In this document: positions 40,998-51,900 of the stretch, piece after piece
Layout: every line of letters starts with the position of its first letter
Numbering within the stretch: the first letter of the stretch is position 1
DNA from: Eledone cirrhosa
Taxonomy: Eukaryota
Reading direction: 5' to 3'
Assembly: GCA_964016885.1 (NCBI GenBank)
Contig: OZ024747.1
Location: forward strand, 87,420,001-87,484,000
DNA length: 64,000 bases
Notes under the pieces: generated by a model
Told to the model about the DNA's origin: nothing
What the model saw: the letters and a program-made list of their open reading frames with translations, nothing else
Databases searched by the model: none
Made by a program: the position numbers and the translations under genes

Positions 40998-41749
40998 TTG
41001 CGAGGCTTAACATCGTATTATTTTCCGGAAAATAATACGATGTTAAGCCTCGCAACAAAAACAACCTGCTATATAATATTGGATTAAAGAACAACAAGCT
41101 GTAATATTCCAACCTAATTCATCAAGCATCCAATATTGAATCATTGTAGATTATGTGAAGGACATATAATCTATATATTACGTTTCCTGGATTGTGAAAA
41201 TGGTGGTGTATACGAAAAACCATAACACTGTTTTGCTTCTCATTCCTAATATTTTAAATTTTGAATATTTCTCTGCACACAAGCTTCTATATCATACATA
41301 TAAAATACTATACAACCCCCATAATACTCTTGATTGCCTGCTTAAAGTGCTTATATTCCATATAACACCTTACCGCACTATAATCTTATATAAATAGGAC
41401 ACACGAGCATGCCCCATGTGTAACTAACTACTTCTAACTATCCTCCTGCATCATCTTCATAAACTGCCAATGTTGTTTTATAACTTTAATTTTGTTGTAA
41501 TTTTCTTTTAATATGACTTTAATCTTTAAATGTAAACTGCCATGCTTAAATATTATAATGGATGTCAACCCACTGTGCATCAATATATACATATGTTCCT
41601 GTATGTCTCTTGTGTTGAAAAGGAGGTCAAGTATGTAAACAATCATTGAAAAATTGCTCCGAAGACTCCAAACCTCGGTTTGGAAGAAACAATTGTAAGC
41701 GAATAAATGATTGGAGCAGAACTTTGATTCATGTAATTTCTATAATTTC
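40998..41749 (+). mobile_element. 5'-truncated Penelope-like element with 5' fold-back and 3' hammerhead
   Basis: Perfect 58-bp palindrome at 40998-41055, decayed KIIRC.KP.NKNN...KEQQAVIFQPN endonuclease end, hammerhead-like fold at 41641-41712 with AATAAA, ends at (TA)n. Confidence 0.6.
41641..41712 (+). ncRNA. Hammerhead-like motif with CCGAAGA core variant
   Basis: TTGCT-CCGAAGA-C-TCCAAACC-TC-GGTTTGGA-A-GAAAC-AATT-GTA-AGCGA, with stem I extended by AATCATT/AATGATT. Confidence 0.55.
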
Positions 41750-41804
41750 TATATATATATATATATATATATCTTATATATATATATATATATCTTATAT
41801 ATAT

Positions 41805-41847
<43 letters not shown>

Positions 41848-41936
41848 TATATATATATATATATATATCTTATATATATCTTATATATATATATATATAT
41901 ATATCTTATATATATATATATCTTATATATATATAT

Positions 41937-41972
<36 letters not shown>

Positions 41973-42201
41973 ATATATATATATATATAAGATATATATA
42001 TATATATAAGATATATATATATAAGATATATATATATATAAGATATATATATATATATAAGATATATATAAGATATATATATATATAAGATATATATATA
42101 TATAAGATATATATATATATAAGATATATATATATAAGATTCATGTAATTTCTATAATTTCTATATATATATATATATATCTTATATATATATATATATA
42201 T

Positions 42202-42262
<61 letters not shown>

Positions 42263-42265
42263 TAT

Positions 42266-42320
<55 letters not shown>
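41750..42320. repeat. Irregular compound microsatellite [(TA)nTCT]m with orientation switches
   Basis: TCTTA phase, then TAAGA phase at 41969-42140, then TCTTA phase again. Confidence 0.95.
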
Positions 42321-42324
<4 letters not shown>

Positions 42325-42624
42325 TCATCATCATCATCACCGTTTTACGTCCGTTCTTCCACGCTAGCATGGGTTAGACGGGTTGTCCTGTTGTGGGCAG
42401 TGTCTGGTCGGCTGACCATGCCTTGCTCATACAGGAACTGATCTGGCTTGATTTTTACAGCTGGATGCCCTTCCTAACACCAACCTCATTTACAGTGAGT
42501 GCTGGGTGCTTTTTCGTGGCGCCTACACGTCCACTTTACAGTGTGGGCTGCGTGCTTTTTTTTGCCGTGGCACCTCCACGACCACCTTGCGGTGGGGGGG
42601 GGGGGGGCATATTGTTTATATGCT

Positions 42625-45600
42625 TCAGCATGTACCCATGGGAGGTCGGGTACCCTGTATTACTGCGTGACGCCAGAAGTCACGGTCGTGTGTCATTGAC
42701 TTTGAGAGGTGTAGTTGGGTAAGGTCGGCTTTTATCACCTCATCCCAAGTCATCTTGGGTCTCCCCACTCCGCGGTTTCCATCAACTTCTAGTGCTCTGC
42801 ACCTTTTTATGCAGCTGTCATCCTTCATACGCATCACATGTCCATACCAGCGTAACCGCCTCTCCTGCACGCAGCATTTGATTCCTCTTATGCTCAGTCT
42901 CTCTCTCAATTCATTTATGCTTTGTCGTTCACGTATATTACTGTTACACATCCATCGGAGCATGCAGGCTTCGTTTCTCTCTAATCTACGTAAGTCTTCC
43001 ACCTTCAGCGCCCAGGTCTCACTACCATGCAACATCGCTGTTCGGATACACGCATCATACAGTCTGCCTTTCATTCTGAGGGAGAAGCCTTTTGCAGCTA
43101 GCAGTGGTAGTAGTTCCCTAAACTTCTTCCATCCCGTTCTTACCCTAGTTATTGTACTTTCTGAGCACCCACCTCCGTTGCTAATTCGGTCACCTAGGTA
43201 GCAGAAGCTGTCTACTGTTTCTACAGGGCCCTCCCAGAGATTGGTGGTACTTGTTTCCTGTGGCTGTTTGCTTGCTGTTTCAGCACAGCTGCTGCATGTG
43301 AATCCTACATTCTTAATTAAGCTTCCTGAGATCCCGCTACATCTCTTGTGTACCCATTGTTTGCATTTGGGGCAAAGAATGGAGTTCCTACCTACACCTT
43401 TCCTACATACTGAGCAAGGCCATTTCCCTGAGGGGATCTGGGTTCTGTTTTCTCGTCTACTTATAAGGACCTTAGTCTTTGTCATGTTGACTTTGAGGCC
43501 CTTTCTCTCTAGTCCCTGCTTCCAGATTTGGAATTTATTCTCTAGTTCTACCATAGATTCAGCTATGAGTGCGAGGTCATCAGCATACAGGAGTTCCCAT
43601 GGGCATCCGGTCTTAAACTCCTCCGTTATTGCCTGCAGGACTATGATGAACAGGAGAGGGCTAAGAACAGAGCCCTGGTGGACCCCAACCTGTACGCTAA
43701 ATTCCTCGCTATACTCATTGCCAATCCTAACTTTGCTGACTGCTCCCCTATACATGGCTTGTACCGCTTTCACAAGCCATTCATCTACTCCTAGTTTTCT
43801 AAGAGCCCACCAGATTACTGCACGTGGAACTCTGTCAAAGGCTTTCTCAAGGTCGACAAATGCCAAGTAGAGTGGCTTACTTTTAGCTAGGTACTTTTCC
43901 TGTAATTGCCTCACAAGGAAGAGCGCATCAGTGGTGCCTTTCCCTGGTACAAACCCAAATTGCATCTCGTCTATATTCACCCGGTCCCTAATCAGCTGTG
44001 CTATAACTCTTTCTGTTACTTTCATGACCTGGTCCATCAACTTTATACCTCTATAGTTTCCTCTATCTAGTGCATCGCCTTTACCTTTGTAGCAGTTGAC
44101 AATGATGCTACTGCACCAATCTTTTGGTATGGCCCCCTCTAGTATTACCTGGTTAACGATACGTGTGGTTATAGTGTGACCTACAGACCCAGATGCCTTC
44201 AGCATCTCGGCAGCTATACCCGATGGACCGGTTGCCTTCCCTATCTTCATATCTCTGATTGCCTTACTTACTACGCTGCCGCTGACTTGTACTGCTGGTC
44301 CCTCTATAGGGTCTACGTGGGGTAGGGTCTCTTCTTCCCATGCATTCTCCTCATTTAGTAATCTATCATAATGACTCTTCCATGCATCTTTCTTCTCAGC
44401 ACTTGTGAGGGCAAGCTCACCTTTATCATTCCGGATACACTTCTCTCCAATGACATCACAACTATCTCTGACACACTGCCTCGCAATCTTGAATACCTCC
44501 TGTTTCTGGTCCTCACGTTGTAAAACATGCTTGAATTTTCTATCCTCTGCTTCCCTCCTAGCTAAGTATACTTGTCGCCTAGCTTCCCTCTTGGTCTCTA
44601 TGTAATGTACCCTGCTCCCCCCGTTCTTCCATGCCTGTCTCTTGGCCTTGACTGCTTCATCTACCTTATTGTTCCACCACCAAGTCACTCTCCTCCTGCT
44701 TGAGGTCTTACTCCAGCCACAAACCTCATCCGTCGCCTCTAGTAAGTTATTTTTTAGGAACTCCCAGTTCTCTTCTACGTTAAATGTCTCTATCTGTTCT
44801 TCTTTACTGTCGTAGGCGTTGAGTAAAATATCTTTAAATCTGTTACTGGTTGAGGGGACTTTCAGCTTCCAGATCTTTCTTCTCCAGGTTGGCCTCTGTT
44901 TCAGGGCTCGTCTAGTTCTGACCGTGAGGTCGCTGACAACTAAGCTATGTTGGGATGTACATTCCTCACTAGGGAAGGCTTTTGTGTTTACGACCGTCCA
45001 TCTGTCACGTCCTCTGATGAGGATAAAATCTAACTGACTAGAGTGCTCCCCTGATCTATAGGTGATCAGGTGGTTGTCGGGTTTTTTAAAGTTTGTGTTA
45101 CATATCGACATGTCATTGGCGTCGCAGAATTCTAGAAGTCTGAATCCTTCCTCATTCCTTGTGCCAACTCCATGGCCTCCATGTACTCTATTGAAGCCGT
45201 CGCAGTGTTTACCTACGTGTCCGTTAAAATCTCCTGCAATGATTAGGAAGTCCTTGTCGTCTGTTAGAGCAGTAGTGTGTATTAGGGACTCGTAAAACCT
45301 ATCCTTAAGTTCGTCTGGCAGCCCCGATTGGGGTGCGTAAGCTGATATTATTGTGGTAATTGTCTTATTCAGGACTAGTCTGAGTTTAATGATTCTTGCA
45401 TTTACCCTGTACACTGAGATTACTTTATCTACCCACTTGTCAGCTAGTAGTATACCTACACCACCCATCCCATCGTCATTTCCCACCCAGAAAAATTTGT
45501 AGCACTGGCTTTTTCCTACAAGGACTCTAGCAGACCCTCCTCTCCATCTAGTCTCTTGCACACAGCATACATCAACTTCCTTTCGCTCTAGCATTTCTAC

Positions 45601-45735
45601 GATTTCTCCTGCTCTTCCTTTCATTGAGCCTACATTGATGGTACCAACTCGGAGTTTTGGGCATTTGTCGACACTCGTAGGGGAGGGTCTCTGGGTTGGC
45701 GCTTCACGTGGGTGCTTGGTAGCTCGCAGATTCAT
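42625..45735 (-). CDS. RTE LINE polyprotein: APE endonuclease, reverse transcriptase, PHD-like C4HC3 finger, RTE C-terminal domain
   Basis: 1036 aa without stops. APE motifs GTINVGS, CVQETRW, SAYAPQ, GDFNGHVG, QLDFIL, SQH. RT motifs YRGIKLM, QFGF, FVDLEKAFDRV, GVHQGSVLSPLLF, YADD, KTK, FCYLG. RTE C-terminus RRLRWYGHVMRM...GRPKMTW. Confidence 0.97.
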   Translation of the reverse strand: MNLRATKHPREAPTQRPSPTSVDKCPKLRVGTINVGSMKGRAGEIVEMLERKEVDVCCVQETRWRGGSARVLVGKSQCYKFFWVGNDDGMGGVGILLADKWVDKVISVYRVNARIIKLRLVLNKTITTIISAYAPQSGLPDELKDRFYESLIHTTALTDDKDFLIIAGDFNGHVGKHCDGFNRVHGGHGVGTRNEEGFRLLEFCDANDMSICNTNFKKPDNHLITYRSGEHSSQLDFILIRGRDRWTVVNTKAFPSEECTSQHSLVVSDLTVRTRRALKQRPTWRRKIWKLKVPSTSNRFKDILLNAYDSKEEQIETFNVEENWEFLKNNLLEATDEVCGWSKTSSRRRVTWWWNNKVDEAVKAKRQAWKNGGSRVHYIETKREARRQVYLARREAEDRKFKHVLQREDQKQEVFKIARQCVRDSCDVIGEKCIRNDKGELALTSAEKKDAWKSHYDRLLNEENAWEEETLPHVDPIEGPAVQVSGSVVSKAIRDMKIGKATGPSGIAAEMLKASGSVGHTITTRIVNQVILEGAIPKDWCSSIIVNCYKGKGDALDRGNYRGIKLMDQVMKVTERVIAQLIRDRVNIDEMQFGFVPGKGTTDALFLVRQLQEKYLAKSKPLYLAFVDLEKAFDRVPRAVIWWALRKLGVDEWLVKAVQAMYRGAVSKVRIGNEYSEEFSVQVGVHQGSVLSPLLFIIVLQAITEEFKTGCPWELLYADDLALIAESMVELENKFQIWKQGLERKGLKVNMTKTKVLISRRENRTQIPSGKWPCSVCRKGVGRNSILCPKCKQWVHKRCSGISGSLIKNVGFTCSSCAETASKQPQETSTTNLWEGPVETVDSFCYLGDRISNGGGCSESTITRVRTGWKKFRELLPLLAAKGFSLRMKGRLYDACIRTAMLHGSETWALKVEDLRRLERNEACMLRWMCNSNIRERQSINELRERLSIRGIKCCVQERRLRWYGHVMRMKDDSCIKRCRALEVDGNRGVGRPKMTWDEVIKADLTQLHLSKSMTHDRDFWRHAVIQGTRPPMGTC

Positions 45736-45981
45736 ATTTCATCTATTGATTCAGAGTTGCTCGTGTATTCCCAGCTCATCCATCCATAACGGTGGGAAAA
45801 TTGAGGGCTAGAAGGACAGTGGTGGTGGGGTAATGGCAGGGTGTGTTGGGATGCGCCAGAGGAGGAGAGAGTTAGTTAGGCAGGTAGTAGCAGCAGCAGC
45901 AGTGGAAATGGCATGCTAGGTTTGATTGGTCGAATAGACTATGGTGGTGTGTGGGGGTGGGGGGGGAGGGAAATTGTGAGG

Positions 45982-48900
45982 TAGGAACTGAGGGTCGCAT
46001 GGTAAATATCCAAGTTAATACTACATCAGTAAAATTAACAATAATAACGTCATGAAAAAAGCTACTAAGAGAAACCCTCGAAAATTTATCGCTAATACAG
46101 CAGGGAAAATTTAACGCTAATACAGCAGGGAACATCATAATATTAACGACAATATGTAGGCTAAAATACCTTCGTAGATTAGATGGATGGCTGGCTGGGA
46201 AAATTGGAATCAGCTCTAGTGGTAGATTTTAGCAGAGATGAATGGGAAAGTGTCTTATCTCTTCAATATTTTCAGATTGAATGAATTAGGTTAAAGACAG
46301 GGTAGTAAGCCTTAAAGAAGTGCATAGAGAGGGGGGGGGGTAGGAACTGAGGGCCGTATGGTAAATAACTGAGAGAGATACAATAGGATTAGAATACCGC
46401 ATGGTAAATATCCAAGTTAATAAGTTAATACTACATCAGTAAAATTAACAATAATAACGTCATGAAAAAAGCTACTAAGAGAAACCCTCGAAAATTTATC
46501 GCTAATACAGCAGGGAAAATTTAACGCTAATACAGCAGGGAACATCATAATATTAACGACAATATGTAGGCTAAAATACCTTCGTAGATTAGATGGATGG
46601 CTGGCTGGGAAAATTGGAATCAGCTCTAGTGGTACATTTTAGCAGAGAAGAATGGGAAAGTGTCTTATCTCTTCAATATTTTCAGATTGAATGAATTAGG
46701 TTAAAGACAGGGTAGTAAGCCTTAAAGAAGTGCATAGAGAGGGGGGGGGGTAGGAACTGAGGGCCGTATGGTAAATAACTGAGAGAGATACAATAGGATT
46801 AGAATACCGCATGGTAAATATCCAAGTTAATAAGTTAATACTACATCAGTAAAATTAACAATAATAACGTCATGAAAAAAGCTACTAAGAGAAACCCTCG
46901 AAAATTTATCGCTAATACAGCAGGGAAAATTTAACGCTAATACAGCAGGGAACATCATAATATTAACGACAATATGTAGGCTAAAATACCTTCGTAGATT
47001 AGATGGATGGCTGGCTGGGAAAATTGGAATCAGCTCTAGTGGTACATTTTAGCAGAGAAGAATGGGAAAGTGTCTTATCTCTTCAATATTTTCAGATTGA
47101 ATGAATTAGGTTAAAGACAGGGTAGTAAGCCTTAAAGAAGTGCATAGAGAGGGGGGGTAGGAACTGAGGGCCGTATGGTAAATAACTGAGAGAGATACAA
47201 TAGGATTAGAATACCGCATGGTAAATATCCAAGTTAATAAGTTAATACTACATCAGTAAAATTAACAATAATAACGTCATGAAAAAAGCTACTAAGAGAA
47301 ACCCTCGAAAATTTATCGCTAATACAGCAGGGAAAATTTAACGCTAATACAGCAGGGAACATCATAATATTAACGACAATATGTAGGCTAAAATACCTTC
47401 GTAGATTAGATGGATGGCTGGCTGGGAAAATTGGAATCAGCTCTAGTGGTACATTTTAGCAGAGAAGAATGGGAAAGTGTCTTATCTCTTCAATATTTTC
47501 AGATTGAATGAATTAGGTTAAAGACAGGGTAGTAAGCCTTAAAGAAGTGCATAGAGAGGGGGGGTAGGAACTGAGGGCCGCATGGTAAATAACTGAGAGA
47601 GATACAATAGGATTAGAATACCGCATGGTAAATATCCAAGTTAATAAGTTAATACTACATCAGTAAAATTAACAATAATAACGTCATGAAAAAAGCTACT
47701 AAGAGAAACCCTCGAAAATTTATCGCTAATACAGCAGGGAAAATTTAACGCTAATACAGCAGGGAACATCATAATATTAACGACAATATGTAGGCTAAAA
47801 TACCTTCGTAGATTAGATGGATGGCTGGCTGGGAAAATTGGAATCAGCTCTAGTGGTACATTTTAGCAGAGAAGAATGGGAAAGTGTCTTATCTCTTCAA
47901 TATTTTCAGATTGAATGAATTAGGTTAAAGACAGGGTAGTAAGCCTTAAAGAAGTGCATAGAGAGGGGGGGGGTAGGAACTGAGGGCCGCATGGTAAATA
48001 ACTGAGAGAGATACAATAGGATTAGAATACCGCATGGTAAATATCCAAGTTAATAAGTTAATACTACATCAGTAAAATTAACAATAATAACGTCATGAAA
48101 AAAGCTACTAAGAGAAACCCTCGAAAATTTATCGCTAATACAGCAGGGAAAATTTAACGCTAATACAGCAGGGAACATCATAATATTAACGACAATATGT
48201 AGGCTAAAATACCTTCGTAGATTAGATGGATGGCTGGCTGGGAAAATTGGAATCAGCTCTAGTGGTACATTTTAGCAGAGAAGAATGGGAAAGTGTCTTA
48301 TCTCTTCAATATTTTCAGATTGAATGAATTAGGTTAAAGACAGGGTAGTAAGCCTTAAAGAAGTGCATAGAGAGGGGAGGGTAGGAACTGAGGGCCGCAT
48401 GGTAAATAACTGAGAGAGATACAATAGGATTAGAATACCGCATGGTAAATATCCAAGTTAATAAGTTAATACTACATCAGTAAAATTAACAATAATAACG
48501 TCATGAAAAAAGCTACTAAGAGAAACCCTCGAAAATTTATCGCTAATACAGCAGGGAAAATTTAACGCTAATACAGCAGGGAACATCATAATATTAACGA
48601 CAATATGTAGGCTAAAATACCTTCGTAGATTAGATGGATGGCTGGCTGGGAAAATTGGAATCAGCTCTAGTGGTACATTTTAGCAGAGAAGAATGGGAAA
48701 GTGTCTTATCTCTTCAATATTTTCAGATTGAATGAATTAGGTTAAAGACAGGGTAGTAAGCCTTAAAGAAGTGCATAGAGAGGGGGGGGGTAGGAACTGA
48801 GGGCCGTATGGTAAATAACTGAGAGAGATACAATAGGATTAGAATACCGCATGGTAAATATCCAAGTTAATAAGTTAATACTACATCAGTAAAATTAACA

Positions 48901-51900
48901 ATAATAACGTCATGAAAAAAGCTACTAAGAGAAACCCTCGAAAATTTATCGCTAATACAGCAGGGAAAATTTAACGCTAATACAGCAGGGAACATCATAA
49001 TATTAACGACAATATGTAGGCTAAAATACCTTCGTAGATTAGATGGATGGCTGGCTGGGAAAATTGGAATCAGCTCTAGTGGTACATTTTAGCAGAGAAG
49101 AATGGGAAAGTGTCTTATCTCTTCAATATTTTCAGATTGAATGAATTAGGTTAAAGACAGGGTAGTAAGCCTTAAAGAAGTGCATAGAGAGGGGGGGGGG
49201 GTAGGAACTGAGGGCCGTATGGTAAATAACTGAGAGAGATACAATAGGATTAGAATACCGCATGGTAAATATCCAAGTTAATAAGTTAATACTACATCAG
49301 TAAAATTAACAATAATAACGTCATGAAAAAAGCTACTAAGAGAAACCCTCGAAAATTTATCGCTAATACAGCAGGGAAAATTTAACGCTAATACAGCAGG
49401 GAACATCATAATATTAACGACAATATGTAGGCTAAAATACCTTCGTAGATTAGATGGATGGCTGGCTGGGAAAATTGGAATCAGCTCTAGTGGTACATTT
49501 TAGCAGAGAAGAATGGGAAAGTGTCTTATCTCTTCAATATTTTCAGATTGAATGAATTAGGTTAAAGACAGGGTAGTAAGCCTTAAAGAAGTGCATAGAG
49601 AGGGGGGGTAGGAACTGAGGGCCGTATGGTAAATAACTGAGAGAGATACAATAGGATTAGAATACCGCATGGTAAATATCCAAGTTAATAAGTTAATACT
49701 ACATCAGTAAAATTAACAATAATAACGTCATGAAAAAAGCTACTAAGAGAAACCCTCGAAAATTTATCGCTAATACAGCAGGGAAAATTTAACGCTAATA
49801 CAGCAGGGAACATCATAATATTAACGACAATATGTAGGCTAAAATACCTTCGTAGATTAGATGGATGGCTGGCTGGGAAAATTGGAATCAGCTCTAGTGG
49901 TACATTTTAGCAGAGAAGAATGGGAAAGTGTCTTATCTCTTCAATATTTTCAGATTGAATGAATTAGGTTAAAGACAGGGTAGTAAGCCTTAAAGAAGTG
50001 CATAGAGAGGGGGGGTAGGAACTGAGGGCCGCATGGTAAATAACTGAGAGAGATACAATAGGATTAGAATACCGCATGGTAAATATCCAAGTTAATAAGT
50101 TAATACTACATCAGTAAAATTAACAATAATAACGTCATGAAAAAAGCTACTAAGAGAAACCCTCGAAAATTTATCGCTAATACAGCAGGGAAAATTTAAC
50201 GCTAATACAGCAGGGAACATCATAATATTAACGACAATATGTAGGCTAAAATACCTTCGTAGATTAGATGGATGGCTGGCTGGGAAAATTGGAATCAGCT
50301 CTAGTGGTACATTTTAGCAGAGAAGAATGGGAAAGTGTCTTATCTCTTCAATATTTTCAGATTGAATGAATTAGGTTAAAGACAGGGTAGTAAGCCTTAA
50401 AGAAGTGCATAGAGAGGGGGGGGTAGGAACTGAGGGCCGCATGGTAAATAACTGAGAGAGATACAATAGGATTAGAATACCGCATGGTAAATATCCAAGT
50501 TAATAAGTTAATACTACATCAGTAAAATTAACAATAATAACGTCATGAAAAAAGCTACTAAGAGAAACCCTCGAAAATTTATCGCTAATACAGCAGGGAA
50601 AATTTAACGCTAATACAGCAGGGAACATCATAATATTAACGACAATATGTAGGCTAAAATACCTTCGTAGATTAGATGGATGGCTGGCTGGGAAAATTGG
50701 AATCAGCTCTAGTGGTACATTTTAGCAGAGAAGAATGGGAAAGTGTCTTATCTCTTCAATATTTTCAGATTGAATGAATTAGGTTAAAGACAGGGTAGTA
50801 AGCCTTAAAGAAGTGCATAGAGAGGGGAGGGTAGGAACTGAGGGCCGCATGGTAAATAACTGAGAGAGATACAATAGGATTAGAATACCGCATGGTAAAT
50901 ATCCAAGTTAATAAGTTAATACTACATCAGTAAAATTAACAATAATAACGTCATGAAAAAAGCTACTAAGAGAAACCCTCGAAAATTTATCGCTAATACA
51001 GCAGGGAAAATTTAACGCTAATACAGCAGGGAACATCATAATATTAACGACAATATGTAGGCTAAAATACCTTCGTAGATTAGATGGATGGCTGGCTGGG
51101 AAAATTGGAATCAGCTCTAGTGGTACATTTTAGCAGAGAAGAATGGGAAAGTGTCTTATCTCTTCAATATTTTCAGATTGAATGAATTAGGTTAAAGACA
51201 GGGTAGTAAGCCTTAAAGAAGTGCATAGAGAGGGGGGGGGTAGGAACTGAGGGCCGCATGGTAAATAACTGAGAGAGATACAATAGGATTAGAATACCGC
51301 ATGGTAAATATCCAAGTTAATAAGTTAATACTACATCAGTAAAATTAACAATAATAACGTCATGAAAAAAGCTACTAAGAGAAACCCTCGAAAATTTATC
51401 GCTAATACAGCAGGGAAAATTTAACGCTAATACAGCAGGGAACATCATAATATTAACGACAATATGTAGGCTAAAATACCTTCGTAGATTAGATGGATGG
51501 CTGGCTGGGAAAATTGGAATCAGCTCTAGTGGTACATTTTAGCAGAGAAGAATGGGAAAGTGTCTTATCTCTTCAATATTTTCAGATTGAATGAATTAGG
51601 TTAAAGACAGGGTAGTAAGCCTTAAAGAAGTGCATAGAGAGGGGGGGGGTAGGAACTGAGGGCCGCATGGTAAATAACTGAGAGAGATACAATAGGATTA
51701 GAATACCGCATGGTAAATATCCAAGTTAATAAGTTAATACTACATCAGTAAAATTAACAATAATAACGTCATGAAAAAAGCTACTAAGAGAAACCCTCGA
51801 AAATTTATCGCTAATACAGCAGGGAAAATTTAACGCTAATACTGCAGGGAACATCATAATATTAACGACAATATGTAGGCTAAAATACCTTCGTAGATTA

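Noticed and set aside
41110-41140. AACCTAATTCAT..AATATTGAA similarity between the PLE remnant and the monomer
   Set aside because: Short and AT-rich; likely chance.
42755-45295. Plus-strand ORFs of up to 209 aa
   Set aside because: Antisense shadows of the RTE ORF with no independent motifs.
45872-46138. 88-aa upstream ORF as an ORF1
   Set aside because: It exists only because deletions in the proximal monomer remove a stop present in all other units, and it has no known motif.
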